Source of the DNA: a virus
Lineage: Duplodnaviria; Heunggongvirae; Uroviricota; Caudoviricetes
Length of the DNA: 37,784 nt
Strand: one strand, 5' to 3'
IMG/VR virus record: IMGVR_UViG_2529292883_000004
Location: 1 to 37,784 of that record
Positions 9,531-19,313 of the stretch are shown in pieces. The notes under the pieces are model-generated. The model saw only the letters and a list, made by a program, of their open reading frames with translations. It made no database searches and had not been told where the DNA came from. The number at the start of each line of letters is the position of its first letter. Position 1 is the stretch's first letter. The translations under genes were made by a program, and so were the position numbers.

Positions 9531-10112
9531 TCACACCGTCTCCGTGGTTGCCTGACTTGTCACCGCGCTGCCGCCGCTCTCCACACCGCTGACCGGGTGG
9601 GTGTGGATGTTGTATGCCTCCCGCAGCGCCTTCAGCGTGGTGCTGTTGGTTTCACAGTTGTCCGTGATATCCCCCGTCACCTTCAGCGACGGCGTTTCAA
9701 GGGTGACCCCGTCCGTCGCCGTCACCTTCAGCGTGGTGGCACTGTTCACCGTCACCGGCTGCCCGGCGGCCTCCACCACAATCCCGTCCTCACCCAGACG
9801 GACGAACTGCCCCCACTGGTTGTACACCACCACCTCACCGCTGCTCAGACCGTTAATCCGGTATGACTGATGGCCGGACGCCACCACCACCGCGCTGCTG
9901 CGGTTACCGGCAAGACTCAGTACCACCACATCCGTTCCGTCGGGCAGCACCGAGGAAAAACCAAACTGCTGAAGAACCGGCGTGTCGCTGCGTACCTCTG
10001 ACGGACTCTGCACCTGCACTGTCTGCACCACACCGCTGTCATCACCCGCCGTCACGCGCCCCACACTCAGCAGTGACACCAGACGGCGAAAAAGCACCTG
10101 TACAGGATTCAT
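9531..10112 (-). CDS. Baseplate assembly protein V / spike (Mu gp45-like)
   Basis: 193 aa, beta-rich, with position between the P-like and gp46-like genes; sequence is typical of gpV-like spikes. Confidence 0.6.
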   Translation of the reverse strand: MNPVQVLFRRLVSLLSVGRVTAGDDSGVVQTVQVQSPSEVRSDTPVLQQFGFSSVLPDGTDVVVLSLAGNRSSAVVVASGHQSYRINGLSSGEVVVYNQWGQFVRLGEDGIVVEAAGQPVTVNSATTLKVTATDGVTLETPSLKVTGDITDNCETNSTTLKALREAYNIHTHPVSGVESGGSAVTSQATTETV

Positions 10113-11197
10113 GACGACACATCCCTTCCGGCCACGCCGGAATAAAAACGGTACGGCTGCACGCTGAACGCCTCCGGCGGCATCAGGACCAGCGATGCCG
10201 TGGTCCCCGTCTCATCGTCACGGCTGAACGTCACCTCAGAGACCAGCCAGTTCAGACTGTCCGCCCTCAGTGCCGGTATGCTCACCGGCACAAAGGTGTT
10301 GGGCTGCCACAGCGCCCCCGCACTGTCACGCCAGCTGTCCACCGTCACATTCAGGGACACTGAACGCCCGTAGCGCCGGTTCATCTCCCAGTTCACCGCC
10401 TGCTGTGCGCACCCCGTCGTCATCAGCGTGCTCTCCACTATCGTCACGTGACGACGGGTGCGCATACTGACGGCTTCCGGGTCACGGGCCGTCGCCAGCA
10501 GCACGCTGTCATAACCGGATGCCGGTGACAGCTCGCTGAGGCTGTTTACCGACACCGACAGGCCGGTGTATTCCGAAAACCGTTCATTCATGCTTCGTGT
10601 GTACTCCGCCTTCTGCAGGTTCACCCCCTGCGTCACCCCGCTGGCTGCCGACGCCGTTCCTGCCCGCGTCAGGAACAGGCTGCCATCCGGCAGGTCGTAA
10701 TACAGCAGCCCCTCATACCGGCAGATGCGGTCGATGATTTGCTGCGACGACTCCCCCCAGTTGATGACAAAATCCGGCACCGTGGTGAAACTGTCGATGT
10801 CTGTCGTCACCGTGATGCCGTACACCGACGCCAGTTTTCTGATGATGGCCAGCGCATCGCCGCCCTTTATCATGTTGTTCTCCCACCAGGCTGCGCAGTC
10901 CACAAGGTCCTGGCACATTCCCCTGCCCGTCACCCGGATATCATGCGACTGCGGCGTCAGGGTGTTCACCCACTGGTCGACATAGCCGGTCATCACCCGG
11001 TCATCACCAATGGATATCGTGCAGCTGCTCCCCGGCGGGGCCAGCTGAAAGCCCTCCTGCGGATACCAGTCCGTCAGCGAAAGCTCAAAATCCGACGGCA
11101 GGCGCTCAATACCCCGCGTCACCCGGATATGGCTCCACCCCGACATGACGGTGTTGTTCACCTTCAGCGTCAGGGTGTCATCTGTGGTTGTACTCAT
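10109..11197 (-). CDS. Baseplate hub / tail protein (Mu P, gp44-like; P2 gpD-like)
   Basis: 362 aa, translationally coupled between the N-like and V-like genes. Assignment is mainly by synteny. Confidence 0.55.
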   Translation of the reverse strand: MSTTTDDTLTLKVNNTVMSGWSHIRVTRGIERLPSDFELSLTDWYPQEGFQLAPPGSSCTISIGDDRVMTGYVDQWVNTLTPQSHDIRVTGRGMCQDLVDCAAWWENNMIKGGDALAIIRKLASVYGITVTTDIDSFTTVPDFVINWGESSQQIIDRICRYEGLLYYDLPDGSLFLTRAGTASAASGVTQGVNLQKAEYTRSMNERFSEYTGLSVSVNSLSELSPASGYDSVLLATARDPEAVSMRTRRHVTIVESTLMTTGCAQQAVNWEMNRRYGRSVSLNVTVDSWRDSAGALWQPNTFVPVSIPALRADSLNWLVSEVTFSRDDETGTTASLVLMPPEAFSVQPYRFYSGVAGRDVSS

Positions 11198-12600
11198 GTG
11201 TTTCTCGCTGTGAAGGAAAGCGGCATGAACGCCGGATGGACGGGAGAGACCGCCTGTACCAGCTCGTCCGCACGCGCGGCGTCCTGATACAGCCGGTTTG
11301 CCAGCGCCAGCGACGGCTGCGGTGAGCGGCTGGTCACCTTCATCACCTCCTGTTGTGACAGATAATTCGTCTGCCAGTGGGTGACAAACTGCGTGTACTG
11401 CGCATTCAGCGCGTCATAACTGTCGTCATCCGTACGGTCAGCCAGTAACAGCAGGACGGTTTCCGTCACCGTGCGGGCTTTCCGCATCACCAACACCGCG
11501 TCGTCGTGACCACGGGGGGAATACTGCATCAGCCGCCACAGCATCGCTCCGGCCCCCAGTGTGCGGATAAGGGCCTGCACCGCCGCAGAGATGGCATTTG
11601 CCGCCTCCCCTTCGTAATACTTCCCGTCTTCCGCCGACGCAATCTCTGCCATGACGCGGATTTTCTCCGTGTCGCTGCCCGTGGCCTCCGCCAGAGTGAT
11701 AATGACCGCCTGTATCGCGGACACTGCACCGGACACGGATGTGATATCCTCCAGCACCGCTGTCGCCGACTCCGCCGCCGACCGGTCCTGCACGGAGCAG
11801 GCCTGAATGGTTTCCAGGATACTGTCATCATCCGCATCCGTGGTGGCAAGCCACGTTGAAAGCGACGAGGCCGTGCTGCCCGACGGCGTGTCACTGCCCC
11901 GACAGTAACGCCCGTAACTGTCCGGGGCATACAGTGATGACACCGTGCTGGTCATGCTGGTCACCGATGTCACCGCCCGCGAAAATATCGTCTTCCACGC
12001 GCTCACCGTGCTCTTTATCGTTTTTACCGCGCCGGTGACACTGTTCATCTCACCGGTAATCGCCGCCAGCGTCACGGTGGCCGTTGTGGTCAGCGTCTGA
12101 TACCACGTCTCCGATGACGTGGAGGTTGTCCCCGTCACCAGCGAAAACGCTTTTTCCCCTGACTCAATGACCGTGAGCGTGAACGAAAACACACGCCCGG
12201 ACTCCACGCCCTCCTCAATACGCAGCCCGCCGTCCGGGACATACACCGTCATCTCACCCAGAGTCGGATGGACCAGCAGACCTCCGCCGGATGTTTCACA
12301 GGCCGCCACCAGGGCATCCCGCTGACTGAACACATCCCCCGCGCTGTACACCAGACTGTCCTGTATCAGGAACCCGCGCAGTGTGAACTTCCGGGTGGCG
12401 CGCCCCAGGTCTTCCACCCAGACCGTATCGCGGTACGGGTATTCATGCACCGCCACCCGGCGACCATACACCCCCTCTCCGGCAATCACGCCGAACGGCA
12501 CGCCACAAAATGACGCCTGGTGAATATGCGACTGCCACTCCCACCCGCCGGAGGAAGACAGCCCCAGGGCGGATGACACCGCGTCTGTGATAATGCCCAT
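11194..12600 (-). CDS. DNA circularization protein N (Mu gp43-like) tail protein
   Basis: Start chosen at the ATG at 12600 (MGIITDAVS...) with a GAGGAG RBS 6 nt upstream; the ORF-track start at 12618 is that RBS itself. N-terminal region resembles the Mu N family as recalled. Confidence 0.65.
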   Translation of the reverse strand: MGIITDAVSSALGLSSSGGWEWQSHIHQASFCGVPFGVIAGEGVYGRRVAVHEYPYRDTVWVEDLGRATRKFTLRGFLIQDSLVYSAGDVFSQRDALVAACETSGGGLLVHPTLGEMTVYVPDGGLRIEEGVESGRVFSFTLTVIESGEKAFSLVTGTTSTSSETWYQTLTTTATVTLAAITGEMNSVTGAVKTIKSTVSAWKTIFSRAVTSVTSMTSTVSSLYAPDSYGRYCRGSDTPSGSTASSLSTWLATTDADDDSILETIQACSVQDRSAAESATAVLEDITSVSGAVSAIQAVIITLAEATGSDTEKIRVMAEIASAEDGKYYEGEAANAISAAVQALIRTLGAGAMLWRLMQYSPRGHDDAVLVMRKARTVTETVLLLLADRTDDDSYDALNAQYTQFVTHWQTNYLSQQEVMKVTSRSPQPSLALANRLYQDAARADELVQAVSPVHPAFMPLSFTARNT

Positions 12601-12610
12601 CTTCTGCTCC

Positions 12611-14569
12611 TCACACATTCATCGCCGTGACCACCGCGCCCCCCTTCACCGTCCGGCGGGTTGTCTGCCCCGTGGCGGTGTTGGTGACGTTAATGTCCAG
12701 CCGGATTTTGTTTTCGCTGAAACCGCGACTGATTTCATCCCGCACGTCAGTCCCTGAACTGCCGGACTGCGGCATGATGATGCTGCCGCCGGATACCTGC
12801 GACATGTACCTGAACACCTTCGGCGAGTAGGTCTGTGTCTCCTGTGGCATCCCCTTCTGTCCGCGAAGCCAGGCGCTCATATTGCCTTCGCCCCAGTTGT
12901 AAGCCTGAAAGGCGCGCTGCATATCACCACCATACTGCGCCATCAGCCCCGCCAGTTTTCTGGCCGCTGCCTCCGAGGCCCGGTAAGGGTTGAATACATC
13001 CATACCGGAAAGGCCATACTCCCGGGCCGTCGGGTCAATGAACTGAAACATCCCCTTTGCCGTGCCGTAACGGGTGAGCGGCCCGACAGCATCCGCCCGC
13101 CCGGAAGACTCCGTCATGGCCAGACCGTACAGCGTGTTTTCCGGCAGGTTGTACTGCTTCTCCAGCGCCGCAAAATGCGCCCGCAGTTCAGGGGTGATAT
13201 CACGACCACCGGCACCGTTTTTTTGTGGTGACGTGACCTGTGACAGGGCCGGAGACACCATAACTTTCGACAGATCGTCATTCAGCATCGTGGTAAGCGC
13301 ATTCAGTCTGTCGGACCGCTGACCGGACAGACGCGTGTGCATCTCCAGGAGATCTGATGTCGCGATATTGTTATCGAGATTGTATCTTTGCCGGGACGTC
13401 AGTGATTTCAGTTGCTCCGGATGGGCATACAGATAACCGCGCAGCTCTGACAGACGGTCACCCGTTTTCTGCTGACTGCTGCGCTGACCGGTCAGGACAT
13501 CGGTCGCCCAGTCCACGGAGGCGGTGACAGCATCACTGCCCAGTACCTTCGCCTTCATCCTGCCGGTGAAACCATCCCACGCGGCTGACAGACGGTTCAG
13601 GTTGCTGTTGGCCTGAACCAGCTTCGCATTCAGACTGTCCGGCATCGACAGCCCCAGACGATCGGACTCCGCCAGCGCCGCATTCAGGTTTTTCGTTCCC
13701 CGCAGCAGCGCCAGTTGTGCATCCGACAGCCCCAGCGCGTCCGCCACCACCTTCTGCGACGAACTGTTCAGTCGCCCGAAGGCATCAATCAGGTTCTGCG
13801 TGCTCTTTTCCAGGTTCACCGTGTGGTCGCTGTTCTCCGCCAGCTTCACACCAAACTGGTTAAGAATGCCCGTGACCTCCGGTGAACGGGTGTTCAGCGC
13901 ATCGTTCAGTGTCGTGAACAATGCACCGGTCTCCGCCTGTGCCTGATCTGCCGACAGGCCCATCAGACGGAACACCCCGGCAAAGCGGCTGAACGCACTC
14001 ACGCTCATTCCGGCGTTCCTTGCGTTCACATCCAGGCTGTATGCCGCTTTCGAAGCATCATAAAGATTACTGACGACCGCCTTCACCGCCATGCCACCGC
14101 CAGCGACCGCAAGCCCCGCAAGACCTCCGCGCCCCAGCGCACTGAACAGCTCTGATGACAGTGCCCCGACATTGCGCAGCGGCGGCACAATATCCCCGAA
14201 ATGCTGTGACGTGTCCTTCCCCAGCCGGGACAGCCGTTCAAAATATCCGGACATCCTGTCCGCATTCTCCTGACTCTCCCTTCCCAGCACCCTGTTACCC
14301 GCCCTGTCTGTGGCCAGCAGCGCGTTCATCAGTAGCGTAACCGAATCGTGGATCTGCGTTATCTTCCCGCCCAGCGCATCCGCCGCACCGGATGCCCCCT
14401 TCAGGGGCATTTCATTTACCGCATCAAGCCCGTCACACAGTTCTGACACGCAGGCCGCCGCCTGCCCTGCGCGACCTGCCAGCGAACCGGCAGCCTCTGA
14501 GGCTCTCAGTAAAAGCGCATCCGCGTTACCCTTTGCATTCAGCTCAAAAACAAAAGCATTACCCGCCAT
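12611..14569 (-). CDS. Tail tape measure protein with C-terminal lytic transglycosylase (SLT) domain
   Basis: Long Ala/Leu/Gly-rich helical protein. The C-terminal part carries an SLT-like signature (GLAMTESSGRADAVGPLTRYGTAKGMFQF...AYNWGEGN). ATG at 14569 has a GAGGAG RBS 5 nt upstream; the ORF-track start is a GTG at 14575. Confidence 0.8.
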   Translation of the reverse strand: MAGNAFVFELNAKGNADALLLRASEAAGSLAGRAGQAAACVSELCDGLDAVNEMPLKGASGAADALGGKITQIHDSVTLLMNALLATDRAGNRVLGRESQENADRMSGYFERLSRLGKDTSQHFGDIVPPLRNVGALSSELFSALGRGGLAGLAVAGGGMAVKAVVSNLYDASKAAYSLDVNARNAGMSVSAFSRFAGVFRLMGLSADQAQAETGALFTTLNDALNTRSPEVTGILNQFGVKLAENSDHTVNLEKSTQNLIDAFGRLNSSSQKVVADALGLSDAQLALLRGTKNLNAALAESDRLGLSMPDSLNAKLVQANSNLNRLSAAWDGFTGRMKAKVLGSDAVTASVDWATDVLTGQRSSQQKTGDRLSELRGYLYAHPEQLKSLTSRQRYNLDNNIATSDLLEMHTRLSGQRSDRLNALTTMLNDDLSKVMVSPALSQVTSPQKNGAGGRDITPELRAHFAALEKQYNLPENTLYGLAMTESSGRADAVGPLTRYGTAKGMFQFIDPTAREYGLSGMDVFNPYRASEAAARKLAGLMAQYGGDMQRAFQAYNWGEGNMSAWLRGQKGMPQETQTYSPKVFRYMSQVSGGSIIMPQSGSSGTDVRDEISRGFSENKIRLDINVTNTATGQTTRRTVKGGAVVTAMNV

Positions 14570-14722
14570 CGCCACTCCTCAGCCTGTTGATCCGCTCTGC
14601 CTGCGACGACCACCAGAGAATTTCCCCTGACGTCAGCCCCCACGCCTCGCGCGGGGACCAGTGAAAGAACCACGTCAGTTCAGCCGCCCTCGCCTGCCAC
14701 TGGCTCAGGCCTCCAGGAAAAA
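14559..14722 (-). other. Putative -1 programmed frameshift site (T TTT TTC) and ~60-codon extension of the chaperone (GT-like product)
   Basis: The minus-strand heptamer T-TTT-TTC (plus coordinates 14716..14722) lies in the chaperone zero frame (ggt ttt ttc). The -1 frame then stays open for about 60 codons (FFPGGLSQWQARAAELTWFFHWSPREAWGLTSGEILWWSSQAERINRLRSGDGG) and stops at 14559..14561, overlapping the tape measure start. Confidence 0.6.
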
Positions 14723-14986
14723 ACCCGTCAGGAACCGCTCACACTTTTTGTAATCGGACACCGCCATGAATTTCAGCGGGGCAGACGGCACGCCCGCCAC
14801 TGCCGCAATCAGCTCACGCATGGCCGCCATTGCGCCCAGTGAGGCGGTATTGCGGTGAAAGTCCTCCGCCTGGAACAGCACCGGCTCTTTCAGGCGAAGC
14901 TCACGGAACTCCGTCCTGGTATCCGGATCCCTTACCGGACGCTTCAGGGTCACCACCAGTTCTTCGGTCTGTTTCTCATTCATCAT
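14705..14986 (-). CDS. Tail assembly chaperone (G-like; Mu gp41-like)
   Basis: 93-aa ORF immediately upstream of the tape measure gene. Carries a canonical slippery heptamer near its 3' end (see next feature). Confidence 0.7.
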   Translation of the reverse strand: MMNEKQTEELVVTLKRPVRDPDTRTEFRELRLKEPVLFQAEDFHRNTASLGAMAAMRELIAAVAGVPSAPLKFMAVSDYKKCERFLTGFFLEA

Positions 14987-15354
14987 CAGCTCTCCGTCAC
15001 TTCCTGCCCTTCAAAACGGGCCGTAAAGGTTGCATCGTTGTTGTCTGTCTCAATCCGGCCAGTCAGCCACATGTTCTGACCGAGAATGGTCTTGCCGTTC
15101 ACCAGATAGGCCGCCACCGTCACATCCGTATATGCCGCAAAATCCTTCAGTGACAGTGAGCCGGAATCACGCACCGTCATCTCGATAAACGGCGCTTTGT
15201 ACGACTCCTTAAAGCCATGTATGCCGCTCATCCCCGTGAGCGTTTCACGCTCGATTTCACCCACGGAATATCTGAACGTTCCGGCCACATTGACCGACAC
15301 GCCGTCAATCGTCACGGTACAGGTGCCCGCTAACGCGTTCTGACTCATCATCAT
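14986..15354 (-). CDS. Tail tube protein (Mu gp40/M-like)
   Basis: 122 aa, immediately downstream of the sheath gene; size and position typical for a myovirus tube protein. Confidence 0.65.
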   Translation of the reverse strand: MMMSQNALAGTCTVTIDGVSVNVAGTFRYSVGEIERETLTGMSGIHGFKESYKAPFIEMTVRDSGSLSLKDFAAYTDVTVAAYLVNGKTILGQNMWLTGRIETDNNDATFTARFEGQEVTES

Positions 15355-15390
15355 CTCCCGTAAAAAAGCCGCCCGCAGGCGGCATCATGG

Positions 15391-16893
15391 TTAATCGCTG
15401 CGGCTGTTCAGCCTGAACTGGTTCAGCACCGCAAAGATGCGTAACTGGTTCATCAGGCGGCCCGGCCACACCACGTTCACGCGGTTCGGGTTGTCACTGT
15501 CACGCTCAACCACCACCTGCTCCGCAAACGCATCCGCATTCTGCACGTAGCCGTTGCTCGCCAGCGTCCGGAACCGGGCGATCAGCTCAGCACGAATAAT
15601 CGCAGGTGTGGCTATCGCAGCCCCTGCCGGAATATTCGCGTCGTCATCTGCCAGCTTCATCCGTCCAAACTTCGAGGTCACCTGTGTGCGCATGTCGCGG
15701 CATACATACATCAGCGTGTACATCGTCTCGATCTGCAGGTAGCTGTCGTCTGCCGCACCGTATCGGTTGGTCTGGTACGTGGTGATGGTATTCTCAAGCG
15801 TCACCGTATCGTCGTCCGACACCGTGAAGGTTGAGATACCGCTGTAGAGAAGCGTGTTCCGCTCCGTCAGGGTGAAACGGCTTGCCAGCGGCGGGGCCAG
15901 CACACCGGATACCGGCAGCGTCTGGGTGGGTCTCGCCGGATCGTTGCGGACCGACTGCGCCAGCGCCCCCACCATCGCGGCGGCATAGTCATATGAGGTG
16001 TTCGGACCGTCATACACGCCCCAGAGTGTCATGTGCTGGTCGTTGCGGCGCTCTCCCTTGTCTGCCAGCTCGCCATAGCTGCCGTTTGCCGCCGTGAAGG
16101 CATGGCCGTAAATTTGTTTGTCCCACGCCCAGCGACCTTCGTCATCCGACAGAAAATCCTTCATGTCGTTGAGCGATGTGGTGTCGGAATACGCCAGGAC
16201 AATGAAATCAAACGTGCGGTCGCCCAGAGAGGCGAGCGCATCCGCAAGGTCCGGCGCACCCTCCCCGCCACTCATCGCCGTGATGGTCAGCGTCAGGCCG
16301 TCCGGGGTGGACTCGCCGCCGGATGACCCGAGATAGTTCAGCCGGATATCAATGGTGTTTCCCGTCTCACCGGCATTTCTGGCCGTAAGCTCAACGGTCG
16401 TGCCATCACGGGGCACGGAGGCCGTCACCGGCAGCCCGGAGGTGGCGTTGATTCTGTCTGCCAGCAGACTGGCAATCTCTGCCCGCGTGTACGCTGGCTT
16501 CACCGTCAGGCGCACGCGGGTGCCTGCGATGTACAGGTAAATGATGCCGGATGCCGTCGACACACTGTCAACAGATATACTGCCTGTGGCCGTCGTCATG
16601 CTGCTGTCATCATCTGCCAGCGGCAGCAGCCAGGTCTCTCCGTAGCTGTCATTTTTAAGGTAGGCCATCAGCATGGTATGCAGCATGGAGCCTTCCCCGC
16701 ACAGCCCGGCAGCCATGGAGGCCGATGAACAGCGGTATGCCGTCCCTGCCGTGGCCGTTCCCGCAGCCGTCATCTGACCAATCAGCAGGGTGCGCTGCGT
16801 CTCCGTGGCGCTGTTCGCCATTGAGTTGTCCACTTCAACATAGAACAGTGGCACACGGAGATTTGACGGGATATTGCTGAACGATACCGTCAT
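15391..16893 (-). CDS. Tail sheath protein (Mu gp39/L-like)
   Basis: 500 aa with an N-terminal MTVSFSNIPSNLRVPLFYVEVDNS-type motif as in contractile tail sheaths; followed by tube and chaperone. Confidence 0.8.
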   Translation of the reverse strand: MTVSFSNIPSNLRVPLFYVEVDNSMANSATETQRTLLIGQMTAAGTATAGTAYRCSSASMAAGLCGEGSMLHTMLMAYLKNDSYGETWLLPLADDDSSMTTATGSISVDSVSTASGIIYLYIAGTRVRLTVKPAYTRAEIASLLADRINATSGLPVTASVPRDGTTVELTARNAGETGNTIDIRLNYLGSSGGESTPDGLTLTITAMSGGEGAPDLADALASLGDRTFDFIVLAYSDTTSLNDMKDFLSDDEGRWAWDKQIYGHAFTAANGSYGELADKGERRNDQHMTLWGVYDGPNTSYDYAAAMVGALAQSVRNDPARPTQTLPVSGVLAPPLASRFTLTERNTLLYSGISTFTVSDDDTVTLENTITTYQTNRYGAADDSYLQIETMYTLMYVCRDMRTQVTSKFGRMKLADDDANIPAGAAIATPAIIRAELIARFRTLASNGYVQNADAFAEQVVVERDSDNPNRVNVVWPGRLMNQLRIFAVLNQFRLNSRSD

Positions 16894-17126
16894 GCATCAC
16901 CCCCTTTCGCCGTGCTGGCAGACGTGCTGCCTGTTGCTGTCGTGGACGCGGTCACTTTGCCGGTGGCTGCCGTGGTGGCCCTGTCAGCCAGTACCACATC
17001 CCCCTGCTTCAGGCGGCGTCGCCAGAACAAATCACGATCCGGCACCTCCGCCCCCTCATCAGGCAGCAGACGTGACGGGTCGCCGGGGTAGCGCACCCTG
17101 CGCCCCGGTACAGGTTTCACAAACAT
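16890..17126 (-). CDS. Mu gp38-like small virion protein (DUF2635-like)
   Basis: Start chosen at the ATG at 17126 (MFVKPVPGRRVRYPGDP...) with an AGGAG RBS 7 nt upstream. The MFVKP...DLFWRRRLKQGDVV pattern resembles the family as recalled. Confidence 0.5.
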   Translation of the reverse strand: MFVKPVPGRRVRYPGDPSRLLPDEGAEVPDRDLFWRRRLKQGDVVLADRATTAATGKVTASTTATGSTSASTAKGGDA

Positions 17127-17139
17127 GGAATTTCTCCTG

Positions 17140-17703
17140 TCAGGTTTCACTGCCGGTTTCATCACCGGCAGACAAATCAAAATGCAGGCGGAATGACGGA
17201 TACACGCCGCGCACGTTCACCTCACGCAGCGGGACAATCTCAGACGGGAAGAAATCCTCCGGCCCCTGGTAGTACTCCAGATCCAGCTCCAGCACCACAA
17301 TACCGGTGTGCGCTTCACCGTCGGAATCCACGCCGATATGCGACCGGATCCTGCTGATTTGCTGAAACTTCATGCGGACGTCCGGATTACCGATGACGGC
17401 ACGCTCTATCGCCTCCTTCATCGCCTCCGCCTCTTCCCACGCCACGCCTGCTGCGTTTTCCGTCTCGTCCCCGCTGTCATACGCCAGCACGCGACCGTCG
17501 ATACGCAGGGTCGTGGTGGTGGTGAACTGCGGCACATGCCGCCCCTGTGACACCTTGTGTTCGGACTGCACGGACACAATGATGAGCGGGTACTGGTCCG
17601 GCATCACCGGCAGGGTGCGCGGGGAATACACCCGACCGCCAAAACCGGAACAGTCGTTCAGTGCCCGGGTGACAATTTTTCTGGCTTCTGCGGTATTCAT
17701 CAC
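17140..17703 (-). CDS. Tail completion / Mu gp37-like protein
   Basis: 187-aa ORF between the FII-like gene and the sheath module. Assignment by synteny only. Confidence 0.4.
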   Translation of the reverse strand: MMNTAEARKIVTRALNDCSGFGGRVYSPRTLPVMPDQYPLIIVSVQSEHKVSQGRHVPQFTTTTTLRIDGRVLAYDSGDETENAAGVAWEEAEAMKEAIERAVIGNPDVRMKFQQISRIRSHIGVDSDGEAHTGIVVLELDLEYYQGPEDFFPSEIVPLREVNVRGVYPSFRLHFDLSAGDETGSET

Positions 17704-18035
17704 TTCACCCTGTTCAGTTCAAGTCGCGTGCCGCCGTGGCTGTCCGGTTGCACATCCCGCACGATATACAGCTCCCCCGTGCGCACGATGAGGAAAATAT
17801 CGCCCTGCTTCGGCTTCACGCGACACGCCGCATCCCGCACGCCCAGCACGGGCAGCGTGGAGTTTGATTCCGTGCCCCCGTCCTCGCCGACAAGCTGCTG
17901 CGTGTACGCCCGGTCAAAAATCCCCGTCAGCCGGTACACCTCACCGCCACGCGGGCGGTGTTCGCATTCCTCACCAAACACCCCGAACAACGGGGACAGC
18001 AGGTTTTTGTCCCAGTCAACCGGTCCGGTCATCAC
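17700..18035 (-). CDS. Head-tail joining protein (lambda gpFII-like)
   Basis: 111 aa; the C-terminal part (QGDIFLIVRTGELYIVRDVQPDSHGG) parallels lambda FII (RGDTLTIGEENFWVDRVSPDDGG) as recalled. Confidence 0.6.
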   Translation of the reverse strand: MMTGPVDWDKNLLSPLFGVFGEECEHRPRGGEVYRLTGIFDRAYTQQLVGEDGGTESNSTLPVLGVRDAACRVKPKQGDIFLIVRTGELYIVRDVQPDSHGGTRLELNRVK

Positions 18036-18201
18036 CCTTCATCTCCGCCAGTGGAACAATCACCCCCAGACGCAGAAGACGCTGCGCCTCGCTTTCGCTC
18101 AGGGTGATCACATTACCCTGCGCCACCCGTTGTCCGTTGTGCTGCACACAACCGCGCAGCACAACATAGTCAACCGGCGCGCCCTTTTTGCCGGACGCCA
18201 T
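18016..18201 (-). CDS. Small hypothetical head-completion protein
   Basis: 61-aa ORF from the ATG at 18201 (MASGKKGAPVDYVVL...), directly after the capsid gene stop, with a GGTGGTG-type RBS. Function unknown. Confidence 0.4.
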   Translation of the reverse strand: MASGKKGAPVDYVVLRGCVQHNGQRVAQGNVITLSESEAQRLLRLGVIVPLAEMKGDDRTG

Positions 18202-18202
18202 C

Positions 18203-19258
18203 TCACACCACCGACGCGCACAGGCACGCATTGACACGGGACGGGATGACAATCGGTGCCGACTGCATCATCAGGAAACGCTGTGCCGGATCCTGCTGAT
18301 CCCACATTTTCGGGGCATAGGCCATCTGGCCGTAATTAAACGCCGGATCCATGATACAGCCGAACGCGCGGGTCCCCATCAGGGCCGCCCCGGTCAGAAT
18401 GACGTTGCCGTCATCCAGCATCGGTTTTTCGGTTCCGTCATCCGGATCGATGAACCAGTCGTTATACAGCCAGAGGTTGAAGTTCCCCCACCTGCCCTTG
18501 TACACCGCACCGGTGTTGATCTGCGTCCCCGGGTTCACCACGTTGCTGGTCGGGTTCAGGGCGGGCATGTTGATGGCGTTCTCACGAATGAAACTGTCGT
18601 TCATGAACGCTGTCCAGGCTGACGGCGTGAAAATCACCTCGGTCGGGTACGCACCGGATTTTTTCAGCATCAGCGTCGCCCACGCCTCAAGGCAGGAGGT
18701 CGGGATCGTGCTGCTTTCCTCAGAAGGCCAGACATCATCCCCGCTCAGTGTCACCGTCAGGTCGCTGTCACGACGAAAATCCACTTCCGTGGTCGGGTAG
18801 CCCTCACCGGCGATCGTCACCTTCGCGTACTGGAGCGCCTGTGCCGCCATCCATTCAAGACGACGGTTCAGCATGTTGATCTGGTCGGCCATCTCGTACT
18901 GGAGGTTCAGCATTGCACGCTCTGCTGGCGTGTACTCACGCCCGCCCAGGCGTTCGCCGATCATACGGCGCACCGGACGAAGCAAATCGGGAACGCGCTT
19001 ATCCTTGATGTAGGCCGGTCTGAAGGTGTTGGTCTGGTACGGCAGGGCCTCAACCATTGGTCCTTCCACCAGAGGGGAGCAGAACGGTGACATACGGCGT
19101 GCGCCCACTTCCACATCAATGGCCACATACTCCGTATCGCTCAGCACGATATTCGGGAAGAAACTGTCCAGCAGCCAGTTCTGAGCCACAAACAGGTTCG
19201 GCACCACCTGCGCCAGAAACGCGGTGTCGTACAGCAGATTAAAGTCTTTTTCGCTCAT
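18203..19258 (-). CDS. Major capsid protein (lambda gpE-like)
   Basis: 351 aa; the C-terminal region (YKGRWGNFNLWLYNDWF...TRAFGCIMDP...RFLMMQSAPIVIPSRVNA) parallels lambda E as recalled. Confidence 0.8.
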   Translation of the reverse strand: MSEKDFNLLYDTAFLAQVVPNLFVAQNWLLDSFFPNIVLSDTEYVAIDVEVGARRMSPFCSPLVEGPMVEALPYQTNTFRPAYIKDKRVPDLLRPVRRMIGERLGGREYTPAERAMLNLQYEMADQINMLNRRLEWMAAQALQYAKVTIAGEGYPTTEVDFRRDSDLTVTLSGDDVWPSEESSTIPTSCLEAWATLMLKKSGAYPTEVIFTPSAWTAFMNDSFIRENAINMPALNPTSNVVNPGTQINTGAVYKGRWGNFNLWLYNDWFIDPDDGTEKPMLDDGNVILTGAALMGTRAFGCIMDPAFNYGQMAYAPKMWDQQDPAQRFLMMQSAPIVIPSRVNACLCASVV

Positions 19259-19313
19259 AAAAATCCCATAAAAAAAGCCGCATCATGCGGCTGTCAGGCT
19301 GTCAGAGGGGAGA

